A stretch of DNA of 49,498 nucleotides, taken from NCBI RefSeq assembly GCF_001194135.2, contig NC_068991.1, positions 57,916,199 to 57,965,696 of the forward strand, written 5' to 3'. The translations under genes and the position numbers were made by a program. How positions within the stretch are numbered: position 1 is the stretch's first letter; each line of letters starts with the position of its first letter. The stretch comes from Octopus bimaculoides (lineage: Eukaryota). The notes under the pieces were generated by a model that saw only the letters and a list, made by a program, of their open reading frames with translations, was not told the origin of the DNA and did no database searches. Shown one piece after another: positions 25,845 through 37,103 of the stretch.

Positions 25845-26021
25845 AAAACAGAATCGTCCGCATTTACTTTCTGAGTTGAAACTTCACCGAGGTCAACTTT
25901 CCTCTTCATCCTTCTGAGGTCGATACAATAAGTACCAGTTGAGACCCAAGATCGATGTAATCGACTTAACGTTCTACGCCCCCAAATTGCTGGCCTTGTG
26001 CCAAAGTTTGAAACCAGTATT
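25845..26021 (+). mobile_element. SINE family C, right member of an inverted pair, 5' end truncated
   Basis: TTCTGAGTTGAAACTTCACCGAGGTCAACTTT...GGTCGATACAATAAGTACCAGTTGAG...CTTGTGCCAAAGTTTGAAACCAGTATT. Confidence 0.9.
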
Positions 26022-27015
26022 CACGTACAATTTTATACTAGCTGCAATAAAAGCATGTTTGAAAAGTCTGAAATTTAAATTTGATCACCAATGCATTTAA
26101 TGGTTACCAAGTCGTTGCTAACATTCGGAACAGTTTTGTTTTCTGCGTAAAACCTCATTACATACTCGCACCAGTCCCTAAAATTTGTATTAGGCACTGA
26201 TGTTCCTTTTCTTACAGGTGTCATAAAAGCGAAACGACTCAATAAGTATTAATACAGATACCTCCTAATATGTGAACAAGGTCAACTACTCAGCCTAACG
26301 TGAATAGTATGATAAATTCGACCTTGTGTTTTACTTCATACAAAATAATAACTATATTAGCAAAGCAAAAAAGCAATAGAAAACAAAACAATAACATTGA
26401 TAACAGCACTAGTAACAACAATAAACATCCAAATCAATAATAACACAGTAAGGATAAATATATAAACACCGGAATCATTAGTGTCAACTAATATAGTCAT
26501 ATTTATTCATTTTTTTGGGGGGGGAGTTTGTCCAACAAGAAATCAAAAAAGAGAAAAACAAAGCGAAAACATAAACAAACCAAAGTAGTGTAGTCTTCAC
26601 AGCACCACACTATTGACCTAGCGATCGAAAAAAAAAACGAAAAAAAAACAGAGAAGATAAAACAGTTATCCAGAAAGTGAACAGAAATGTGAGCTGGTAC
26701 TTAATAAAGATAAAGTGTTCTTGAGAGAGGTGGTTAGCAACAAAGCAAAGAAAAAAAATGGAGGGGGTTGTTTTTGCGCTTTTCTTTTCAATAATAAATG
26801 TCTCTCTTTTATATTAATTAAGAAGACATGAGTTCCATTTATTTCTAACTCAAAATTCCCCTAACACGGTCGCCTAAGCGTTTATTGTTTTTACTTTGAC
26901 TGCTCACTGTTCAGATAGTAATGGCGTCGGTTGGTGAGTTGTCTACAGAATATGACATTGAACAGACGCTATAAGCTGTCACTTTCGACATTCGTCTCAC
27001 TGCAGCAAGGTGGGG

Positions 27016-27045
27016 TATAAATGGCGTGTAAGGTAGCGCGGCCGC
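27016..27045 (+). promoter_or_regulatory. Possible TATA box with adjacent GC-rich stretch
   Basis: GGGG-TATAAA-TGGCG at 27016-27021, followed by GCGCGGCCGC in otherwise AT-rich unique DNA; motif only, no transcript evidence. Confidence 0.2.
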
Positions 27046-27094
<49 letters not shown>

Positions 27095-27382
27095 GACACG
27101 CACACACACATTCTCTTTTCTCTGCTTAATTTGACTGTCTACGTGTGTATGTATATAAGTATGCATGTATGTTTAAATGCATGCATAAATGTATATCTGT
27201 ATATGCATCTATGTATGTGTATATGAATGTGCGTATGTATACATATATACACATTCATAAACACACATACACACACGCACACACACACACACGCACACGC
27301 ACACACTTAGATTTATATAGTGACAGGTTTCTGTATGAATTTTCCAAAACAAATTTTACTAACTCAGAATTGATCTTCCTAA

Positions 27383-27505
27383 GACAAAACTGCCACTCCG
27401 TTGATTACAACGACGAGGGTTCTTGTTAAACTGATCGATGGGAGCAGCCAGCTTGAGAAATTAATGTTCAAGCGGTTGAGCATTCTACAAACACGTGTAA
27501 CCTTC
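27383..27505 (-). mobile_element. SINE family B, degenerate 3' fragment
   Basis: CCACTCCGTTGATTACAACGACGAGGG...GAAATTAATGTTCAAGCGGTTGAGCATTCTACAAACACGTGTAACCTT. Confidence 0.8.
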
Positions 27506-27525
27506 ATTTCAAAACATTCTATTGT

Positions 27526-27571
<46 letters not shown>

Positions 27572-28100
27572 TAACACTGAACGGATATATAAACAATAAA
27601 ATATATGCATCTTTTTAGAGTCCAGATATTGATGCATTATTTAGCTCCAATATATTATTAAAATGCAATACTTATTGTTGGAATAAACTTACATTTACAT
27701 ATAATATTGACAAAAACAATGGCGCAGAATAACATGAGAAGCATAGTAAAAACACAGAATCCTAACTTCCATATACGATTCGTAATTTAATTGTAGGCTA
27801 CAAATGTTCCACTGTTTTACCAGCTTCATTTATGCATATATAAGTAATCAATATGCATAATTAATTAATTAAAACATGTTGTTATTTATTTCCTCAAGTG
27901 ATAATCATGAATGATTGAATTCAAAATAAAATTACTGTTATGAATATTTTAGAAACAAGACAAAAGGAGGAAATAGGAAAAATCCGATCCAGACAGAGAT
28001 AAAGCAGTCGCTTTAGAAATGTCGGTTTCGTGATCACTTACACTCTTCGTGTATCACTCACCAAAGCCTGAATTAATATTACATTAATCACAGTGCTCCC

Positions 28101-28255
28101 CTAACTCATGACAACATCACAGTTATCTATCATGCAACCCTCTGTTAAAATTTCTCTCAAATTTAGGCCTTTGAGATGTTGAGACTGAGTAAAGGCGGAA
28201 ACAAACTCGTTCATGAGAGATGACTTCAAAGATACTGTATATTGTTCATTCACTT
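28101..28255 (-). other. Candidate terminal coding exon of an unidentified gene
   Basis: Long polypyrimidine tract then AG at 28256-28257; only the phase-1 frame is open: (E)VNEQYTVSLKSSLMNEFVSAFTQSQHLKGLNLREILTEGCMIDNCDVVMS*. No homology recognised. Confidence 0.25.
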
Positions 28256-28862
28256 CTGATTAACACAATTGTGAAAGACAATCAGAAAAAGAAAAAGAAA
28301 TCATAAGAAGTAGGACTTAGTTTTCACAGGGTTTTAGATACAAATTATTCTTTGATAAATAAAACAGTGATAAACGAATCACCTCCAGTCACTTTATAAA
28401 TGGGACAAATGGTAGAACTATTCACACCAAACTCACGGGCTTCAGTATGACTCTTCCACTGTTAAGTATTTTCTTGATCATCACTATCTCTTTCACTGGA
28501 GCACACACTAGTCTGCATGAATTGTTAAGAGTGAGACGCATATGTACATTTTATAATCACTGTCTCAACTTTGATGGGAGCTAGTGTGTGAACGTTTATT
28601 AAAAATAGGCAGCCTTGCACCACGGTCATGTAAACCCAAGCGTTAGTCAATGCATTGTGATTTCATAGCTGACCATCGTGGGTGGTCGCCAGTGCACGTT
28701 TTTTGTTACACGCGCATACTTCGACTGATCGCCAATCCAATTTGTCACAGATCAATACGGGATAAACATAACACGGTTTACAATTGAGCGAATCTTGTTA
28801 TACCGGACCAATGATAATTGAATGTGACAAACAAGGATACATGTACTGCCACCACAACCTCC

Positions 28863-28864
<2 letters not shown>

Positions 28865-28926
<62 letters not shown>
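28865..28926. repeat. (ACT)n microsatellite
   Basis: Direct reading. Confidence 0.95.
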
Positions 28927-29276
28927 GTTATGTCTACTACAGCTGCTAGCAATCATTTCGTTTAATTTCTTCAGAATCACATTAGTAAAAACATATATAA
29001 CATTAACAAAATCTTTACTAATTCTAGAATGTGTGTGCCAGATAGAAGGATTCCATTCTTCCAAAATTAAACAATTAAATTGCGAAATAACTTTCTCTTT
29101 CTGTATTCCGTTTGTCAATCCTGTCTGTCCTACATTTCACCACAGTTTTGCCTGAAGATATAAAGAATATTACAAATATTAAAAATAGGGAGAGTCAATT
29201 CTCTCAAGACACCTTAAATATGATTAGATTCATATACATACAAAAATATGTTTGTGTGTGTGTGTGTGTGTGTCTT

Positions 29277-29307
<31 letters not shown>

Positions 29308-29547
29308 GTGTGCGTGCGCGCACGTGCATGTGTGCGTGTGTATTTATCTGAGGTCTCTGTATCTGTGCATCTGTGTGTGTGTGTGTACACGACGCGCACT
29401 CATGACGGTTGCGTGAATATATTGTGATGTGCAGAAGATCTGGCTGCTATTTCTAGCATGTAGGACGACTGCGGAGCGTCTCCATCATTGGCTCGATTAA
29501 ATATAAAATGGAGAATTTGGTTTCGTGTTTGGTTTCGTAATTCATGA

Positions 29548-29611
29548 GGTGGTGTATTGTTGTGGCTACAATATATATATATATATTATATAGTCACAAC
29601 AATACAACACC
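29548..29611. repeat. Short inverted repeat (21-bp arms, 22-nt TA-rich loop)
   Basis: GGTGGTGTATTGTTGTGGCTA (29548-29568) pairs with TAGTCACAACAATACAACACC (29591-29611): 19 Watson-Crick pairs, 1 G-U, 1 mismatch. Confidence 0.9.
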
Positions 29612-30430
29612 ATATATATATACATATAAGGTGTTGTAACACAGTTTTTGCATGTGTATGTATTTTTATAATACTTCCTTATCTTTTAGAATAAATAGAC
29701 ATAATAGAATGTCTACCGGCTGATGCATGTCATGTTTGTAAAGCCTCCATTTTCTTTTTTGCGTATATATATATATATATATATATATATATNNNNNNNN
29801 NNNNNNNNNNNNNNNNNNNNNNNNNNNNNNNNNNNNNNNNNNNNNNNNNNNNNNNNNNNNNNNNNNNNNNNNNNNNNNNNNNNNNNNNNNNNNNNNNNNN
29901 NNNNNNNNNNNNNNNNNNNNNNNNNNNNNNNNNNNNNNNNNNNNNNNNNNNNNNNNNNNNNNNNNNNNNNNNNNNNNNNNNNNNNNNNNNNNNNNNNNNN
30001 NNNNNNNNNNNNNNNNNNNNNNNNNNNNNNNNNNNNNNNNNNNNNNNNNNNNNNNNNNNNNNNNNNNNNNNNNNNNNNNNNNNNNNNNNNNNNNNNNNNN
30101 NNNNNNNNNNNNNNNNNNNNNNNNNNNNNNNNNNNNNNNNNNNNNNNNNNNNNNNNNNNNNNNNNNNNNNNNNNNNNNNNNNNNNNNNNNNNNNNNNNNN
30201 NNNNNNNNNNNNNNNNNNNNNNNNNNNNNNNNNNNNNNNNNNNNNNNNNNNNNNNNNNNNNNNNNNNNNNNNNNNNNNNNNNNNNNNNNNNNNNNNNNNN
30301 NNNNNNNNNNNNNNNNNNNNNNNNNNNNNNNNNNNNNNNNNNNNNNNNNNNNNNNNNNNNNNNNNNNNNNNNNNNNNNNNNNNNNNNNNNNNNNNNNNNN
30401 NNNNNNNNNNNNNNNNNNNNNNNNNNNNNN

Positions 30431-30660
30431 GGACGGGATGCTAGTCCATCGCAGCGTTACTCAAGAAACAGGAAGAAAGAGTGAGAGAAAGTTGGGGCGA
30501 AAGAGTACAACAGGGGTCGCCACCACCCGCTGCCGGAGCCTCGTAGAGCTTTAGGTGTTTTCGCAAAATAAACACGCAGAACGCCCGTTCTGGGAAACGA
30601 AACCGCGATCCTCCAACCGCGAGTCCGCTGCCCTAACCACTGGTCCATTGCGCCTCCACT
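30431..30660 (-). mobile_element. SINE family E (tRNA-like head; V-domain-like motif), 3' end lost in gap
   Basis: Sense head GTGGAGGCGCAATGGACCAGTGGTTAGGGCAGCGGACTCGCGG...GGTTTCGTTTCCC; distal GCTGCGATGGACTAGCATCCCGTCC resembles the V-SINE central motif as I recall it. Confidence 0.8.
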
Positions 30661-31346
30661 CTCTCATATATACACCACATCTCTATTGCTATCTATGCTC
30701 TCCTCTTCTTTTTTGTCCTGTTTCTCTCTCTCTCCCCCGTTTTATCTCTCCCTTTCTCTCTCACTCTTTCTCTCTGTGTCCCCCCCTCCATCTCTCTCTT
30801 GTACTTTCATCATTTCGCTCTATATTCCTGTTTTGCAATGTAACAGTCTCGGAAGAGGTTCACACTAACCTACAGCTGAGTCTGTTTATGATTGAAAGCT
30901 GATCCTTTCAAATTAATTTAGGCAGGAAATTAAATATTGTGGATGTAACGTCAAATTATGGCTACGATTACATGGAGTCTGTTTTACCAAAATAGAATTT
31001 CTGACATGTTCATATTTTGACCAGCTCTCCACGTACAAAAGTGCATACAAGTTGCAAAAATAAATAACCAATATGCATATCAGTTGTACATCGAAAAAAT
31101 TATACTAAACTTAGTGCAGATATGACACATGCATATACACGCAACATATATACAAATACACACGCACAAACACATATACACACACCTACGCGCATGCACA
31201 CATACACAAACATATGCATTTATGCATGCATCTATTAATACATGTATCTATAAAATGTGAAGTATGTTTACTAAGTTTCATGGTGCGCAGAACCATTGCT
31301 GAGAAAGTGGTAAAGCACACCATCATATTAGTAATAATAAATAAAA

Positions 31347-31702
31347 TAACGAGAGTGATTTCAGGAGCACTCCGTCGGTTACGACGACGAGGGTCCCAGC
31401 TAATCCGATCAACGGAACAGCTTGGTCGTGAAATTAACGTGCAAGTGACTGAGCAATCCACAGACACGTGTACCCTTAACGTAGTTCTCAGGGAGACTCA
31501 GAGTGAAACATAGCGTGACAAGGCCGGCCCTTTGAAATACAGGTACTACTCATTTTTGCCAGCTGAGTGGACTGGAGCAACGTGAAATAAAGTGTGTTGT
31601 TCAAGGACACAACGCGTTGCCGGGAATCGAACTCACGACGTTACGACCGTGAGTCGAACGCCCTAACCACTAAGCCACACGCCTTCACGTAACGAGAGTG
31701 AT
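31347..31702 (-). mobile_element. SINE family B, full-length young copy with 13-bp TSD
   Basis: TAACGAGAGTGAT at 31347-31359 and 31690-31702; intact A-box and B-box-like motifs (TGGCTTAGTGG, GAGTTCGATTCCC on the minus strand). Confidence 0.96.
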
Positions 31703-32939
31703 AAAGTGCTGGGGAAGAGATTGTGGGGTTTAGAATAAAGACAACATGACAAATCTGAAGCAAGCATTGGAAATAGAAGGTTTGTCATTGAAGGCGTCGC
31801 GTGTGTCGATGAAAGAATTTTGACGGATCTAACTGATTTGGTAGTTGACGTAACGATTATACACGGAATCAATTAGTTTGTTGATCAAATAGTTAATTAA
31901 CCAATGAATAATACAGAAGTGAAATAGAATCAGTGTGTGTTAATTCTTGGCACAATATTACATCATATTTCATCAAATTGTCTTTTCAGCACACGAGTCA
32001 AGAATCTTGCAAGCCGGAGATAAGTAACCAAAGCTAAAGACTGTAAATATTTTATTAGAGGGTATTGTGCCAAACCACTCATGGAACATTTTCTAACACG
32101 AATAGCGATGAAAGAGTCGGATGAAGAGCGATATCATGTAAATACTGATATCATATCAAGAAAAGACAGAAAAAAAAGAAACACAGAGAACACCATGTCA
32201 TGTGACAATATTGGAAACCTCAGATGACATACCACAGGAAATTCATATATATGAGGGACACAACAAAGTCATTATATTACTTGGTTATCTATGTTTTTTA
32301 TATGTCATAACCGGAATTTTAGGATATGATTAAGAGAAATATTTCGAAAGATAAACGAAAATAGCATTCATGAAATAGCGAGGGGGATCGTTGATGGCGC
32401 TGCAATTAGGGATGATGTACGCGTATATGTCAGTGAGCGCTTGTATTTGCTTGCTTCGAAATTCGGTGTGGGATATCTGTACGTGTGTTTCCTACGTTTG
32501 CGTATTTCTGTGAATGTGTACGGATATACATATTCGTGAGTGCAATGATATGTCCGTAAGCTCTCCATGCTAGCTTGGATTAAGCGACTGCACATCATTT
32601 ATTTCGCATTACTAGAGAGCATTGCCTCATCAGTGATGAGGTAATCTTCATCACTACATGTAAACGAATCCCCAACGGACGACTATGGCAACTGCCATAT
32701 ACATATATATCTCCACACACACATACATACACATATTCACTCACACACACACACATACACATTCATATCTCATACACCGACACACACACACTTTCATTGA
32801 CAAAAGTCACATAGATATTCACAAGGACAGGTTCATAAATATACATATATACACGCATACATACACACTCACACACACATATATACATACATAGATACAT
32901 ACACACACACATACATACATATATTTTGTATACATATTT

Positions 32940-32993
<54 letters not shown>

Positions 32994-33170
32994 AAACATT
33001 CCTACACGCAAATACGTATATGTATACCAACACATACATACGTATGCATGTATATACACACATGTATATGTACTAATAATACATACACCAGAATACACAG
33101 ACACACACACAAACAAGTATATATCATATTATAAAAGCTGTAATACATAGCAATATTCATATCCCATAAC

Positions 33171-33390
33171 AGGGCACTGAGCTGGCAGAGTCGTGACCAT
33201 TCCGCCCGAAATGCATAACTGTATCTCGCCCATTTTTACGTTTTGAGTTCAGATTCCGCCAAGGTTGACTTTGCTTTTCTTTCTTTCGGGGTCGATAAAA
33301 TAGGAACCAATTGAATATTGGTGGTAATATAATCGACTCAACCCGCTCCAGAAAGTGTTGACTTTGTACCAAAACTTGAAACAAATATTT
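33171..33390 (+). mobile_element. SINE family C, full-length
   Basis: GAGCTGGCAGAGTCG...GAGTTCAGATTCCGCCAAGGTTGACTTTGC...TTTCGGGGTCGATAAAATAGGAACC...CTTGAAACAAATATT. Confidence 0.88.
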
Positions 33391-33756
33391 ATATTCCATT
33401 GAGCAACCATTATCTGATCTGTGACATTATTGGATGGGTAGAATGGATACATTTATTTACTCGATATCATACCTAGTGTCACAACCTCCATTGTCACATT
33501 CACGACAAAATACAGAGTTATCTGCCAAAAGGATAGTGTTTACTTGGTAAAATTTATTTGTATCACAATGAATAGGTAATACATATAACATTCAGGATTT
33601 AACGGAACGGGATCAGCAAAAGAAATAATCAAGAAAAAAAAAAGAATCCTACATATGTTTCAATCCGGCTTTAGATTTGAATGATCATTTTCTCTTATTA
33701 ACTTTACAGGCATGGTTATATGGTAAGAAGTTTGTTTCTCAGAAACATGGTTCCTT

Positions 33757-34044
33757 TTATTTTTGTACTTGTTTCAGCTACTTGACCGCGGCCATTCTGG
33801 AGCACCAGTTTGATTGTTTTCAAATCGAACCAAGGGCTTATTTCTTAAGCCTAGTACTTATTCTATCGGTCGTTTTTGCTGAACTGCTTGCTAACCAGGA
33901 ATGTAACCACAACATGAATTGTTGTCAAGCGGTGATGACTTACAAACACAGACACAAACACATAGAAGGCTATAGGAAAAGGCACTTGGCCAAGTTGCCA
34001 CTGAAACTGGAACCATGCGTCTGGGAAACAAACATCTTACTATA
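33757..34044 (-). mobile_element. SINE family A, internally deleted copy
   Basis: 3' half (TTGTTTCAGCTACTTGACCGCGGCCATTCTGGAGCACC) and head (GGAACCATGCG...AAACATCTTAC) present; the central body is missing. Confidence 0.75.
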
Positions 34045-34174
34045 TATATATATATATATATATAAACACACACATATATATACATATACATATACACTCA
34101 CATATGCACTACTATCACACTTTGAGAATGAGTGCTCAGCAATGAATTGGTAGATAAATACCATTAAAGTAGTT

Positions 34175-34285
34175 CAAGCAAGTAGGTACCAAAATTAAAA
34201 TTCCGTACCGGAATCGATTTGTTCGACTGAACCCTTCAAGGTGATGCTCCAGCATAGCCACAATACAATTACTTAAGCAAGTAAA
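34175..34285 (+). mobile_element. SINE family A, 3' tail fragment
   Basis: GATTTGTTCGACTGAACCCTTCAAGGTGATGCTCCAGCATAGCCAC matches the family A 3' end. Confidence 0.7.
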
Positions 34286-34446
34286 TGATAAGGATAAACA
34301 TTGAATAAATTTCGATATCTAACTCTGGTGTAATTCAAGGCCAGATCCGGAGTTGAACTCTTATCAATTCTGTCTATAACGGAGTACTCCATTTCTATTT
34401 CTTTTTCACTACATTCAGCTCGAGTGTTGCGAGTCTACTGGAGTAC

Positions 34447-34616
34447 CGTCGTTTCTTTCCAGGTTCCACCTACCAAATCCAATCGCAAGGCTTTGTTCGC
34501 TTTGACGCTATATTAGGAAACACTTGCCCATAGTGCCACGCAATGAGACTGAACCCGGAACATATGGTTAAGAATCAAACCAGATTGTTCTTACCACACA
34601 GCCACGACTGTGCGTA
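34447..34616 (-). mobile_element. SINE family A, 5' half
   Basis: CTACCAAATCCAATCGCAAGGCTTTG...ACACTTGCCCATAGTGCCACGCAATGAGACTGAACCCGGAAC...TTCTTACCACACAGCCAC. Confidence 0.85.
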
Positions 34617-35179
34617 TTATTCATTTCATTCAGCAACTACAAGTTAGATCAACATTGAGTCCGGCTTTGAATTGTGTTAGAGGCTCTACCGATTTCACTA
34701 TCTCTCCGCCTAAAGAATATATTCACTACACAATTGATATATATTTCCCTGTAGATTCTTATATTAATGCCATTTCCGATTTTTGAAATATTTCTTTGTT
34801 TCTTAAAATTCCATTAAATTGCCTGAAGCAGGTTTGCGTAAGAAGTTATTAAACACGATTTAAATATGGTGTGTTTGTGTGTATACAAATAGCTGCGAAT
34901 AAGTATAACTATATTCGTAATGTGTAAGTTGATCTTCATATCCATAAGTAAGGTTTCATTCAGGTAGCATCATACAGAGATAAATGTAATCACTAGTGGG
35001 TATTTGATAAACCTATCGAATTATCACTCGAGATAACAGTTATCTCCGCGTGAGATAAAATATTTAGTCATTTCTTGAAATCGTTGAAAATATTTCCACC
35101 GGGCATGCTTAGGTCGGCTTATTATAAAACCATATCTTATTGTTATTTCGACAGTTGCATATCATCAACACCACCATCG

Positions 35180-35580
<401 letters not shown>

Positions 35581-35612
35581 TGGCTGTTATTAATATTACT
35601 GCACTTGTTGTT

Positions 35613-35813
35613 AAGATGGCGAGCTGGCAGAATCGTTAGCACGTCAGGAAATGCTTACCAAAATCTTTAGTACACCGGGCAATGCTTTGCCGCATTTCTT
35701 TACAATTTACGTTCCGATTTCCTATTCCGTCGAGGTCGATTTTGCAGTTCATTCTTTCGAAATAAGTACCAGTCGAGTGATGCAATCGATGTAACCAACT
35801 CTACCCCCTCCTC
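35613..35813 (+). mobile_element. SINE family C (first of three tandem copies)
   Basis: GGCGAGCTGGCAGAATCGTTAGCACG...CGAGGTCGATTTTGC...AATAAGTACCAG. Confidence 0.85.
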
Positions 35814-35883
35814 AATAATAATAATAATAATAATAATGATAATTGTTTTTGATGTTGCTCTTGTCTTGGTTATTATTAAAACA

Positions 35884-36093
35884 CTGAGCTGTCAGAATAC
35901 TTAGTACACCGTAAAATAAATGCTTACCAGCGCTTCTTCCGGCTTTATATTCTGAGTTCAAATTGCATCGATGTTGAATTTGCCTTTCATTCTTTCGGGG
36001 GTAATAAATTAAGTACCGGTCAAACACCTAGGTCAAGGTATTCGACTAAGCCCCTCCCCCGAAGTTTCAGGCCTTGCGACTATAGAAGAAAGG

Positions 36094-36096
<3 letters not shown>
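35884..36096 (+). mobile_element. SINE family C (second tandem copy) running into (ATT)n
   Basis: GAGCTGTCAGAATAC...TTCTGAGTTCAAATT...TTTGCCTTTCATTCTTTCGGGGGTAATAAATTAAGTACC...GGCCTTGCGACTATAGAAGAAAGG-ATTATT. Confidence 0.85.
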
Positions 36097-36143
<47 letters not shown>

Positions 36144-36146
36144 CAT

Positions 36147-36365
36147 AAGGCAGCGGACTAGCACAATTGTAAGCAAGCTAGGCAAATCCTTACCGTTATT
36201 TCGTCCGTCTTTACATTCTGAGTTCAGATTCCTTTGAGGCCTACCTTACCTTTAATCCGTTCGGGGCCGATAAAATAAGTACCATTTCAGTATTGCGTCG
36301 ATGTAATCAGCTTACCCAACTCACCCAAAATTGCTAGCTTTGGACCAAAATTTAAAATCAGTATT
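36147..36365 (+). mobile_element. SINE family C (third tandem copy)
   Basis: AAGGCAGCGGACTAGCAC...TTCTGAGTTCAGATT...TTCGGGGCCGATAAAATAAGTACC...AAATTTAAAATCAGTATT. Confidence 0.85.
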
Positions 36366-36880
36366 AATACTAACATTCTTCATGTTGTTGATTTGTAACC
36401 AGTGAAAGGTTGTACGACATTCTGTTGGTATAATATCTACTCATAAACTGGTCGATTAAAGGTGCTAACAGAGTTCACTGGAGTACGGAATATTTGATAA
36501 CTAGAAGAAACTATTAGCGTTCTACTTCTACCAAAGTTTCCAAAAATACAATCGGTTTGCTGACTATTGCTCTATAGCCGACAAGCAAACCCCTCTTAAA
36601 GATATTGTGTGAGCCAAGTTTTTGTTACATTTGTTCTTGTTGATTACTACCAGGTGAGCCCTAATTTAGTAAACCTCTGATCAAAGGGATTCAAATGGTA
36701 CCCACCATATTATCATTTTGATCGGGTTTACTGCATTTACAATCATTTTGTGAATGTTATAAAGCTAGAGGACATAAATTGGAAGAGATTTCGCTATTAT
36801 TTCTAGCTAACAATTTGCTCGACATTGAGAGGGTTTGCTCTTTGGTTTATGCTGCTAACCTTAAAGACGAAGAAAACCCC

Positions 36881-37075
36881 CGAAGAACTGGCAGAACAGT
36901 CAGCACATCGGGCGGTGTGATTAGCCGTATTTCGTCTGTCTTTAAGTTCGGCGAGGTCAACTTTACATTTCATCATTTCGGTGTCGATAAAATAAATACC
37001 AGTTGAGCACAGAGGTCGATGTAATCCACTTAGCGACTTCCTAAATTTGCTGGCATTATGTCAAGATTTGCAACA
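36881..37075 (+). mobile_element. SINE family C
   Basis: GAACTGGCAGAACAG...GTATTTCGTCTGTC...CGAGGTCAACTTTAC...GGTGTCGATAAAATAAATACCAGTTGAGCAC. Confidence 0.85.
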
Positions 37076-37103
37076 CATGTTTCAGACAAACTAGTCACAA
37101 CAG

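Noticed and set aside
28431-28516. Minus-strand exon LVCAPVKEIVMIKKILNSGRVILKP with GTGAGT donor
   Set aside because: It ends in phase 0, incompatible with the phase-1 exon at 28255, and its acceptor is weak.
29545-29567. Resemblance of the hairpin 5' arm (TGAGGTGGTG...) to let-7
   Set aside because: The seed differs (GAGGUGG versus GAGGUAG), the rest matches poorly and the arm register is shifted; let-7 is near-invariant.
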